Positions 29,642 to 37,154 of a DNA stretch of 64,000 bases are shown here, piece by piece; within the stretch, counting starts at the first letter, position 1; each line of letters begins with the position of its first letter. Both the position numbers and the translations under genes were made by a program. Where the stretch lies: NCBI GenBank assembly GCA_963796055.1, contig CAWCKH010000005.1:52779-116778 (forward strand), written 5' to 3'. Below the pieces are notes generated by a model, which saw nothing but the letters and a program-made list of their open reading frames with translations, did not search any database and had not been told where the DNA came from. The stretch comes from an uncultured delta proteobacterium. Lineage in GTDB: Bacteria > Myxococcota > Myxococcia > Myxococcales > Myxococcaceae.

Positions 29642-30287
29642 GACCGCCTCCTTAACGGCGGCGCGGCGGCAACGCGAGAGAACCGAGCTCCGCGAACGGA
29701 TTCTCGACGCGGCGCGGGACATCGTTCGGCGCGAGGGATTCGGCGCGCTGACGGTCCGGAAGATCGCCGACGCCATCGAGTACGCGCCCGGAACGCTCTA
29801 CCTCTACTTCGAGAACCGCGACGCCATCGCCCGCGAGCTCTCCTTCGAGGGGTTCCGGAAGCTCCTGGAGGCCTTCGCGCCGGCCGAGACGCTCGCCGAC
29901 CCGCTCGCCCGTCTCGAAGCCATCGGACGCGCCTACGTGAAGTTCGGGATGGAGCACCCCGAGACCTACCGGCTCATCTTCATGGAGGACCCGCAGCTCA
30001 CCACCGCGGTGTTCAAGGCAGCGGGCGATGACCCCGGGCAGCGCGCGTATCGGGCGCTCCTCGATCCGCTCGACGAGCTCCGCAAGGCCGGGCGACTGCG
30101 GCGGGGCGCCGACGTGCAGCCGCTCGCCGACACGCTCTGGGCCTTGGTGCACGGCATCGTCAGCCTGAAGCTCACCTGCCCCGGCTTTCCGGTGACACCG
30201 GTGGAGCCGCTTCTGGACACCGCCCTGCGGACCTTCCTCGACGGGCTGGTCCGCCTTGCCCCGTCTAGGGCGTCGGCGGCGCGGTGA
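29640..30287 (+). CDS. TetR/AcrR-family transcriptional regulator
   Basis: 215 aa from ATG 29640. N-terminal HTH (RERILDAARDIVRREGFGALTVRKIADAIEYAPGTLYLYFENRD). Its ATG shares two bases with the ATG of the divergent SDR gene (CATG at 29639-29642). Confidence 0.85.
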   Translation: MTASLTAARRQRERTELRERILDAARDIVRREGFGALTVRKIADAIEYAPGTLYLYFENRDAIARELSFEGFRKLLEAFAPAETLADPLARLEAIGRAYVKFGMEHPETYRLIFMEDPQLTTAVFKAAGDDPGQRAYRALLDPLDELRKAGRLRRGADVQPLADTLWALVHGIVSLKLTCPGFPVTPVEPLLDTALRTFLDGLVRLAPSRASAAR

Positions 30288-31308
30288 CGTGACAGCCCAG
30301 CCGGTGCACGGTCTCCACCAGGTGCTTCGCCGCGTCGGGTGACGTGGGCGGCAGGATGCCGTGCCCGAGGTTGAAGATGTGCCCGACGGGCCCGGCGCGG
30401 CGGAGGATGTCCGCCACCCGCTGCTCCAGCTCGGCCGGCGGGAGAAAGAGCGCCAGAGGATCCAGGTTGCCCTGGAGCGCCACGTCCGGTCCGGCGAGCG
30501 CGCGGGCCTGGTCGATCTCGATGCGCCAGTCGCAGCCGAGCACGTCGGCCCCGGTCCTCCGGAGCAGGGGCAGGTGCGTGGACATCGCGGTGCCGAAGAC
30601 GATCACCGGCACGCCCTTCGCCTGGAGCGCCTGCACCATCCGGGTGAGGTACGGGAGGCTGAACGTCTCGAAGTCGCGCGGGCTCAGCTCGCCGCCCCAG
30701 CTGTCGAAGATCTGGGCGATCCGCGCGCCCGCCTCGACCTGCATCTCGAGATACGGGATGAGCGTGCGGGTGAGCCGGTCGAAGAGCGCGTGGGCGAGCT
30801 TCGGCTGCTCGAAGAGGAGCCGCTTGATGAGGATGAAGCTCTTGGAGCCGCCGCCCTCGACCATGTAGGCGGCGAGGGTGAACGGCGCGCCGGCGAAGCC
30901 GATGACCGGCACCGCGTCGTGCAGCGCCGCCCGCGTACGGCGGATCGCCTCGGCGACGAAGCCGGTCTTCTCCACCGGATCCGGCACCACCAGCTTCTCG
31001 ACGTCGGCAGTGGTCCGCAGCGGCGAGGGGAAGTGCGGCCCGCGGTCGCCGAGCTCGAGCTCCATCCCCATCGCCTCGGTGGGGATGAGGATGTCGGAGA
31101 AGATGATCGCCGCGTCGACGCCCAGCCGGCGGACCGGCTGCACCGTCACCTCGGCGGCGAGGTCCGGCGTCTTGCACAGCGGGAGGAAGTCGATCTTCTC
31201 GCGAACCGAGCGGTACTCGGGCAGGTAGCGCCCGGCCTGGCGCATGATCCACACCGGGGTCACGTCCACGGGCTGCCGGCGCGCGGCGCGCAGAATCCGA
31301 TCGTTCAC
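30265..31308 (-). CDS. hemE: uroporphyrinogen decarboxylase
   Basis: 347 aa. N-terminal signature PVWIMRQAGRYLPEYR. Full-length URO-D fold. Confidence 0.93.
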   Translation of the reverse strand: MNDRILRAARRQPVDVTPVWIMRQAGRYLPEYRSVREKIDFLPLCKTPDLAAEVTVQPVRRLGVDAAIIFSDILIPTEAMGMELELGDRGPHFPSPLRTTADVEKLVVPDPVEKTGFVAEAIRRTRAALHDAVPVIGFAGAPFTLAAYMVEGGGSKSFILIKRLLFEQPKLAHALFDRLTRTLIPYLEMQVEAGARIAQIFDSWGGELSPRDFETFSLPYLTRMVQALQAKGVPVIVFGTAMSTHLPLLRRTGADVLGCDWRIEIDQARALAGPDVALQGNLDPLALFLPPAELEQRVADILRRAGPVGHIFNLGHGILPPTSPDAAKHLVETVHRLGCHVTAPPTP

Positions 31309-31374
31309 GTCCGACGGACGTAGCAGGAACGACCGAACCTGGCGAGGGGCTCGGGCGGCGGCCAGCGGCGCGAT

Positions 31375-31788
31375 TCAGGCACCGTCGCCGCGGAGGACGG
31401 GCTTGAGATCGAGGACCGGCGTCCCGTCGATCGCCTCGAGCGGGCCCACCCGGATCCGCCGCCCCTCCACCGTGAGGACCCGGACCCGGTGCAGCCCGAT
31501 GGGGTTCGGACGGTCCGGTGAGCGGGTGGAGAACACGCCGGTGATCGGCCGCGCCGGATCGCTCCGGGGATGGACCTCGAGCACCGCGCGGTCGGCCTGG
31601 TGGAGCCAGGTCACCAGGAAGACCTCGTCGCCCGGCGTGAGCCCCGAGGCCGCCGGGAGAACCTCGGGCCGAAGCTCGATCCAGGCATCCGGGCCGCCCT
31701 CCCTCCCCTGCATCGGCGCGCGCGCCCGGTCCCGCAGCTCGGAGTGGATGGTGCCAACCGGGCGGAGCTGAAGGTCCACCCCTCTCAC
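31375..31788 (-). CDS. trmO: tRNA (m6t6A37) methyltransferase TrmO/TsaA family protein
   Basis: About 137 aa. LRPVGTIHSE ... FSTRSPDRPNPIGLHRVRVL ... IDGTPVLDLKP is typical of the YaeB/TrmO family. GTG start at 31788 overlaps the upstream stop (GTGA). GTG 31779 is an alternative start. Confidence 0.75.
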   Translation of the reverse strand: MRGVDLQLRPVGTIHSELRDRARAPMQGREGGPDAWIELRPEVLPAASGLTPGDEVFLVTWLHQADRAVLEVHPRSDPARPITGVFSTRSPDRPNPIGLHRVRVLTVEGRRIRVGPLEAIDGTPVLDLKPVLRGDGA

Positions 31789-32600
31789 CGTCGCCCGGCG
31801 AAGAGCGCGTTGAGCTCCGGGTAGGGCATCGCCCCCTCGAGCATGGCCTCGTAGCCGCGTCCGTCGAGGAACTGCCGGGCGGCGCGCCGGGTCAGACCAT
31901 GGACGGCGCTGGAGATCCCCGAGCCCGCGCTCACCCGTCGCACGCCGAGTGCCCCGAGCTCTGCCACCGAAGGCAGCCGTGCCCACACCAGGACGTTCAG
32001 CGGGAGCGGGACACCGGCCACGATCTCTCGGATCGATGCCGGCTCCACGACGGCGGGCACGAAGAGTCCGTCGGCGCCGGCGTCGCGGTACTTCCGCCCG
32101 CGGGCGATGCTCTCCTCGACGGCGCGCTCGGGCGGGGTGAGCGCTTTCAGGTAAACGTCGGTGCGGGCGTTCACGAACAGATCCACTCCGGCGCGGGCGG
32201 CCCCGCGCTTGGCGGCCGCGATCCGCTCGCAGAGGACCTCGGGGCGGTCCGTCCCGTCCTCGAGGTTGATGCCCACCGCGCCGGCGCTGGCGAGGGCGAA
32301 GGCGTTGTCGGCGACGGCCGCGGGATCGGAGGCGTAGCCCGCTTCCATGTCGACGCTCAGGGGTACCGAGACGACCCGGGCGATCTCGGCGACGGCGGTG
32401 AGGAGGACGGAGGCCGGGAGCGCGCCCCCGTCGGCGTACCCGCGCGACCAGGCCAGACCGGCGCTGGTGGTGGCGATGGCCTGTGCGCCACAGGACTCGA
32501 TGACGCGGGCGCTGCCTGCGTCCCAGGCATTGGGAAGCAAGAGGGGGGTCTTTCCGTGGTGCAGTTCTCTGAAGCGCGTGGCCGCAGTGCGGGTGTCCAT
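31785..32600 (-). CDS. isocitrate lyase / PEP mutase-family enzyme
   Basis: 271 aa from ATG 32600 (MDTRTAATRFRELH). LLLPNAWDAGSARV ... ATTSAGLAWSRGYADG ... SVDMEAGY ... GINLEDG are the hallmarks of the ICL/PEPM superfamily. The exact activity is unknown. Confidence 0.8.
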   Translation of the reverse strand: MDTRTAATRFRELHHGKTPLLLPNAWDAGSARVIESCGAQAIATTSAGLAWSRGYADGGALPASVLLTAVAEIARVVSVPLSVDMEAGYASDPAAVADNAFALASAGAVGINLEDGTDRPEVLCERIAAAKRGAARAGVDLFVNARTDVYLKALTPPERAVEESIARGRKYRDAGADGLFVPAVVEPASIREIVAGVPLPLNVLVWARLPSVAELGALGVRRVSAGSGISSAVHGLTRRAARQFLDGRGYEAMLEGAMPYPELNALFAGRR

Positions 32601-32674
32601 GGTGGGGTCTCCGAAGATGTAGACTTGTCCATAGCGAGCGGGCGCAGAGGAGGCACAGTTCGCGAGCGTCGTCC

Positions 32675-32704
32675 TTGACACAGCTGGAACCGGGACCGTA
32701 CAAG
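32675..32704 (+). promoter_or_regulatory. candidate sigma-70 promoter of the tRNA-Val/tRNA-Asp pair
   Basis: TTGACA (32675-32680), then a 17-18 nt spacer, then GTACAAG. It lies about 30 nt upstream of tRNA-Val. Confidence 0.4.
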
Positions 32705-32736
32705 CGCCCCCGTCGTCGAGGAGCGGAGCCGGGACC

Positions 32737-32808
32737 GGGCGGGTAGCTCAGCGGTAGAGCATCGCCCTTACAAGGCGAGGGTCACAGGTTCGATCCCTGT
32801 TCCGCCCA
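32737..32808 (+). tRNA. tRNA-Val (anticodon TAC)
   Basis: Cloverleaf folded by hand: acceptor GGGCGGG/TCCGCCC, D arm GCTC-AGCGGTA-GAGC, anticodon arm TCGCC-CTTACAA-GGCGA, T arm ACAGG-TTCGATC-CCTGT. CCA is not encoded. Confidence 0.9.
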
Positions 32809-32826
32809 ATCGAAGACCGTCGTACT

Positions 32827-32900
32827 GGGGAGTTAGTTCAGCTGGTTAGAACGCCGGCCTGTCACGCCGGAGGTCACGGGTTCAAGTCCCGTACTCCTCG
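32827..32900 (+). tRNA. tRNA-Asp (anticodon GTC)
   Basis: Acceptor GGGGAGT/ACTCCTC, D arm GTTC-AGCTGGTTA-GAAC, anticodon arm CCGGC-CTGTCAC-GCCGG, T arm ACGGG-TTCAAGT-CCCGT. Confidence 0.9.
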
Positions 32901-32901
32901 C
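32859..32901 (+). repeat. direct repeat, left copy (3' part of tRNA-Asp)
   Basis: ctgtcacgccggaggtcacgggttcaagtcccgtactcctcgc, identical to 35934-35976. Confidence 0.95.
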
Positions 32902-33008
32902 TTCGTAAGAGCCCGGATGGACCGCGGAATTCGCTGCTGTCTCCGGGCTCCGCTTCACCCTCCGCTGGCGATGCCAGAAAGGGTCCCAGAAAACCGTTCG
33001 CGGATCCG

Positions 33009-33185
33009 CTGAGCGAGTGGGGCGAACTGCTGACGGTGAGGGAGGTGGCAGGACGGCTGCGCCTCCATCCCTCCACTGTTTACGGGCTCTGCGAGCGAGG
33101 CGAACTAGGGCACGTGCGCGTCAGCAACGCACTTCGGGTGCGTCCAGTCGACCTCGAGACGTTCGTACGGACTAGTTGTCGGTAG
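33009..33185 (+). CDS. excisionase/AlpA-like helix-turn-helix protein (start uncertain)
   Basis: The frame reads ...ELLTVREVAGRLRLHPSTVYGLCERGELGHVRVSNALRVRPVDLETFV, which is the excisionase-family HTH pattern. There is no ATG. Candidate starts are CTG 33009 or GTG 33036. It is shorter than 60 aa and so is absent from the ORF track. Confidence 0.45.
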   Translation: MSEWGELLTVREVAGRLRLHPSTVYGLCERGELGHVRVSNALRVRPVDLETFVRTSCR

Positions 33186-33530
33186 CGTCCGCAGCGGGAA
33201 CGCGAACACACCGCGACTCTTCGAAGGCTGAACTGTGCCCTCACGGGAGCCACAGTCCAGCCTGACACTGGAGTAGGGCCGCCCTGTCCTAGTTTCAGCG
33301 GCTTCGTCCGAGCTGGTCGCGTCCTCGTGTCGCGGTTTCCGACCCGGTCGAGCACACCAGACGCACACACGCCGCCAACCCCCCGGACGACCGCGGTCAT
33401 CCGAGCTTCCTCCTGAGCCCCCCGGCGCACAGGTGAGCTGCCCTAGACGGCGTCCACGTGACTGGACGGCGCGTGCAGCGCGGACCCGTCGTCGTCTCCT
33501 GGCGCAGCGGCTGCACGAGGGCCTGCGGCA

Positions 33531-34985
33531 GTGGCGCGGCGGGCGGAGACGGCGGGGGACAGGGAGCGCGAGACCGTTCTCGGGCAAGAGGGGAAGCGGG
33601 CGCTCGGGGCAGTCGAGCATCGCCGCGACGTCGAGGGCACCGTCCTGCACCAGGCCGTCCGAGGCCATCTCGCCAGCTTTCTCGCCGGGTCGGCCGACCG
33701 GGGCGGTCTTCCGCGCTTCGTCGAGCGCGACTTTGCCCGGAACCTCGCCTGCGGAGTGCCGGCGTACGGCTTCGCCCGGCTGGCCTGCGCCGGATGCCGA
33801 GCCGAAGTGCTGGTCCCCTTCTCCTGCAAGTCACGCGGAGTGTGCCCCTCCTGCAACGCCCGCCGGGCGCACGACACCGCCATCCATCTGGTGGAGCGCG
33901 TGCTTCCCCGGGCGCCGTACCGCCAGTGGACGCTCTCGCTGCCCATGCCGCTGCGCTTCTCTCTGGCCAGGGATTCCCGGCTCCTCTCCGAGGTGCTGGG
34001 CCTCTTCGTCCGGGCGCTCTTCGCCTTCCAGCGGCGGACGGCCCGGCGGCTCGGGGTGTCCCGGCCACTCACCGGCGCTGTGGCCTTCGTCCAGCGCTTC
34101 GGCTCGGCGCTCCAGCTGACGCCCCACTTCCACCTCCTCGTCCCCGAGGCCGTCTTCGAGGAGGTGCACGAGGCGGAGCTGCGCCTGCACCCCTTGCCTC
34201 GGCCCACCGACGCCGAGGTGGAGACGCTCGCCGTCACCGTGGCCCGGCGCACCCTCGCGCTGCGGCGTGCGCGCGGCATCCTCGAGGAGGAGGCCGTCCC
34301 GGACGCAGCACTCGATGTCCTGCAGCTCGAAGGCATCCAGGTGCCGCGGAGCGGGCCGCGTCCTCCCGCCCGCCGGCCGGGCCGCCGCTGCGCCTTCGTC
34401 GAGGGCTTCTCCCTCCACGCCGACACCTGGCTTCACGAAAACGACGTCACGGGCCTCGAGCGGCTCTGCAACTACGGCGCCCGCGGGCCCCTGTCGCTCG
34501 AGCGGCTGTCGGCCTTGCCCGACGGACGGCTCGCCTACCGGATGAAGCGGCCCTCTCCGGCAGGACAGACGCACCTCCTGCTGTCTCCGCTGGCCTTCCT
34601 CCGCCGGGTGGCCGCGCTCGTCCCACCCCCCAGGGCCAACCTCGTGCGTTACTTCGGCGTCTTCGCCCCCAACGCCAGGGTGCGGCCCCGCGTCGTGCCT
34701 GCGCCTCCTTCCCCTGCGCCGCTGGCCGAGGCAGCTTCCTGCCCCGTCACGCCGGAGCCTCTCCGCCCCCGGCCGCCTCGCCGCCCCATCCCCTGGGCCG
34801 AGCTCCTCCGGCGGACCTTCCAGTCCGACGTCCTCACCTGCCCGCGCTGCGGCGGCACGCGCCGCGTGGTGGCCGTCGTTCTCCGTTCCGCCACCGCCCG
34901 GGCCATCCTGGAGCATCTGCGGCTTCCCTCCAGGCCCCTCCCCCTCGCTCCAGCCGCCTCTCCGCCCCAGCTCGGCCTCTGGTGA
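33531..34985 (+). CDS. IS91-family (HUH / Y2 rolling-circle) transposase
   Basis: 484 aa, GTG start. Zinc-binding N-terminus (CAGCRAEVLVPFSCKSRGVCPSCNARR), HUH motif in TPHFHLLVP, C-terminal LVRYFGVFAPN tyrosine motif, and a terminal CPRCGG zinc ribbon. Confidence 0.8.
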   Translation: MARRAETAGDRERETVLGQEGKRALGAVEHRRDVEGTVLHQAVRGHLASFLAGSADRGGLPRFVERDFARNLACGVPAYGFARLACAGCRAEVLVPFSCKSRGVCPSCNARRAHDTAIHLVERVLPRAPYRQWTLSLPMPLRFSLARDSRLLSEVLGLFVRALFAFQRRTARRLGVSRPLTGAVAFVQRFGSALQLTPHFHLLVPEAVFEEVHEAELRLHPLPRPTDAEVETLAVTVARRTLALRRARGILEEEAVPDAALDVLQLEGIQVPRSGPRPPARRPGRRCAFVEGFSLHADTWLHENDVTGLERLCNYGARGPLSLERLSALPDGRLAYRMKRPSPAGQTHLLLSPLAFLRRVAALVPPPRANLVRYFGVFAPNARVRPRVVPAPPSPAPLAEAASCPVTPEPLRPRPPRRPIPWAELLRRTFQSDVLTCPRCGGTRRVVAVVLRSATARAILEHLRLPSRPLPLAPAASPPQLGLW

Positions 34986-35268
34986 GTGCCGTCCGAGCTT
35001 CGAGACCGCCCTACCCTGACGACGGGCCACGTACTGCTCTACCCCCAGCAGCGGTGAGCACTCCTTCCGAGCGCCTCCTGCCTTCGTCGTCCTCCCCGTC
35101 GCCGGCCGGACGACCCGGTCCGTACCTGGCTTCCGCCGCGAAAAACCCGTTTGTTCTTCCTTGGATCATATGCGACTCCCTCGTGTCGCGTTTGCTTAGT
35201 AGATTAGGACACCTAATTCATGTTTTAGGAGCAAATAAGTTGCGTGTTGCCAAAGAGGGAGGGTCGCC

Positions 35269-35748
35269 ATGAGCCTGAATTCGAGAGCGTTGTTGCTGGT
35301 GCTTTGTTTACTGGGGGCAACGGAAGTCGTCGGTCAGGAAGCCGTCACCGCACTTGACCGTACTCTTTCGAAGACCCATATGCGACAGGACACCACTTCC
35401 GTCGCGATCGCCGACGCGCCAGTGCAAGCATTCGCTCCGACGACGATTCAGTGTGGAAAGCAGAGTTGCACGGTGAGGGTTGAGGTCTCCAGCCAGTTTT
35501 TCAACGTCACTTCCGGGAACGCCGTTAGACTGCATGTCAAAGCGGATGGCGCCCCATTCCCAGTCACAGGATTTGAAATCGATGGCGGAATCAACAGACC
35601 GGTGGCGCATCTCACCACGGTGTCATCACTGAAGAGCGATCTCAGTCCAGGACCACACACCATTTCGGTGGACTTTGATATGCGAACGCCGGGTGGCAAA
35701 GCGGAGGCGTCCATTCGTATATTGACCATTCAAGTGTTTACACCTTGA
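35269..35748 (+). CDS. orphan secreted protein encoded on the low-GC insert
   Basis: 159 aa. AGAGGGAGGG RBS, signal peptide MSLNSRALLLVLCLLGATEVVGQ, beta-strand-rich body with no motif I recognise. GC is about 50% by hand count, against more than 70% in the flanks. Confidence 0.7.
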   Translation: MSLNSRALLLVLCLLGATEVVGQEAVTALDRTLSKTHMRQDTTSVAIADAPVQAFAPTTIQCGKQSCTVRVEVSSQFFNVTSGNAVRLHVKADGAPFPVTGFEIDGGINRPVAHLTTVSSLKSDLSPGPHTISVDFDMRTPGGKAEASIRILTIQVFTP

Positions 35749-35760
35749 ACAATCCAGAAA

Positions 35761-35805
35761 TCGCAGTGCTGCCACCTCGCGCACGGTCAGCAGCGCGGGG
35801 GACAT
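35761..35805 (-). pseudogene. 3'-truncated second copy of the excisionase-like gene
   Basis: The minus strand reads ATG TCC CCC GCG CTG CTG ACC GTG CGC GAG GTG GCA GCA CTG CG (MSPALLTVREVAAL). This matches the left-end gene (CTG CTG ACG GTG AGG GAG GTG GCA). Homology stops exactly where the low-GC DNA begins. Confidence 0.5.
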
Positions 35806-35933
35806 TAGGGGGCCACGGCGAGCGTTCCTAGCCCGTCCAGCGGGTCCATCCGGTCGATGGTCCGTGCCGCCGTTCTGAAGAATAGCAACAGGTTGGACGC
35901 TGTGAGCAGGCTCTGGATGATAATTAGAATCAA

Positions 35934-35976
35934 CTGTCACGCCGGAGGTCACGGGTTCAAGTCCCGTACTCCTCGC
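35934..35976 (+). repeat. direct repeat, right copy (orphan 3' fragment of tRNA-Asp)
   Basis: Perfect 43-nt copy of 32859-32901. The upstream sequence (gataattagaatcaa) has no tRNA 5' half. Confidence 0.95.
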
Positions 35977-35980
35977 AACG

Positions 35981-36277
35981 TCACTCAGCGGGAATCTCGG
36001 GAGATGCGCCGCCAGTCGCTGCAGGTGCTGACCGGCGCGCTGGCCACTCCCGGTACGCGTTGGGGTCCTCGGTGAGCACGCCGGTCTGGTCGTCACCGTA
36101 GAAGAAACGCTCGACCACCTTCCCGTCCTGCCACTCCGTCCGCACGCAGGCGAGCCAATAACTAGGGTCCGTCGATCCGTACTCATCCAGGACCACCTCC
36201 AGCGACTGCCTGGCGGCGTCGAGCGCGGTTGCCCAGCCGGAGACGGTGCAGGTCCAGTTGGCAGGGTGCTCGGACAC
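35981..36277 (-). CDS. hypothetical protein
   Basis: 98-aa ORF (MSEHPANWTCTVSGWATALDAARQSLEVVLDEY...) immediately outside the right repeat. Codon usage is high-GC. No recognisable motif. Confidence 0.35.
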   Translation of the reverse strand: MSEHPANWTCTVSGWATALDAARQSLEVVLDEYGSTDPSYWLACVRTEWQDGKVVERFFYGDDQTGVLTEDPNAYREWPARRSAPAATGGASPEIPAE

Positions 36278-36466
36278 GACGTCCTGGACCGTACACGTCG
36301 CGCCTGACGCCTGACCGTCTAACCCGGCGGGCCCACGGGACTGCTGGGGAGCGTCGGCGTTACCGTCCAGTCGCCTGTCCGGCTCCTCTTCGTGACCCGC
36401 TCAGGCGTAGGTTCCGGCCGGGGCGACGGGCAGCGCTGCCGGTGGGTTCAGGAAGGGAGGACGCCG

Positions 36467-37154
36467 ATGGCGAGCCAGGAGTTCCAGGTCTCCGTACCGG
36501 CGGGAGATGCCGTTCTGGAGGGAACGCTGGGCATCCCGGAGCGACCACGCGGGGTCGTGCTGTTCGCTCATGCCAGCGGCAGCAATCGCCACAGTCCGCG
36601 CAACCGCTACGTGGCGGGCTACCTGCAGAGCCACGGACTCGCCACCCTGCTCCTGGACCTGCTGACCACCGAGGAGGAAGAAACGGAGAGGTGGATCCGC
36701 CACCGTCGGTTCGCCGAGGACGAGACCGAACTGTCGCGACGTCACCTCGATCTCGAGGTGCGGACGTTCGCCGATCGTCTCATCGCCGCGACCGGATGGT
36801 TGGCGCAGAATGAGCAGACGCTGGGCATCTCCTATTTCGGCGCGAGTACCGGCGCCGCCGCGGTGCTCCTGGCGGCGGCTCGGACCCCGTATCCGGTGGA
36901 GGCGGTCGTTTCGCGGGGTGGGGGTCCGGAGCTCGCCGCGGATCATCTCCGCCAGGTCCGCGCGCCGACACTTCTCATCGTCGGGGGCGACGACCAACCC
37001 GTCATCGAGAGGAACCGCGAGGCGCTGGGGGACCTGGGCTCGAGCCACCCACCTCTTCGAGGAACCCGGCGCGCTGGACGCCGTGGCTCACCTCGCCACC
37101 GCCTGGTACGGGCAGCATCTGGTCGCACCCGGCCCCCGCACCCACGACGCCTAG
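36467..37154 (+). pseudogene. dienelactone-hydrolase-like alpha/beta hydrolase, disrupted
   Basis: ATG 36467 (GGAAGGGAGG RBS). VVLFAHASGSNRHSPRN ... FGASTGAAAVLLAAA (nucleophile Ser) ... VVSRGGGPELA ... PTLLIVGGDD lie in one frame. The conserved end ATHLFEEPGALDAVAHLATAWY (catalytic His) is in another frame ending at 37154. The junction is near 37035-37045 and several expected residues are missing. Confidence 0.6.

Larger units (their letters stand above)
32859..35976 (+). mobile_element. tRNA-Asp-associated genomic islet bounded by 43-bp direct repeats
   Basis: The 3' 43 nt of tRNA-Asp (32859-32901) are repeated perfectly at 35934-35976, an attL/attR-like arrangement. The interior holds an excisionase-like HTH ORF, an IS91-type transposase and a low-GC insert. 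No integrase ORF appears in any frame. Confidence 0.7.

Noticed and set aside
33458-35272. 604-aa plus-strand ORF and 399-aa/327-aa minus-strand ORFs overlapping the IS91-type transposase
   Set aside because: They are alternative frames with Arg/Pro/Ala low-complexity sequence. Only the 484-aa frame contains the zinc-binding, HUH and Tyr motifs.
32902-35933. Search for a tyrosine or serine integrase within the islet
   Set aside because: No ORF in any of the six frames shows integrase-like motifs (no R..HxxR..Y catalytic pattern, no resolvase N-terminal Ser domain). The absence itself is reported as part of the islet finding.
35857-36075. 72-aa plus-strand ORF crossing the right direct repeat
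   Set aside because: It reads straight through the orphan tRNA-Asp fragment (..INCHAGGHGFKSRTPR..), so it is an artefact of the open frame.
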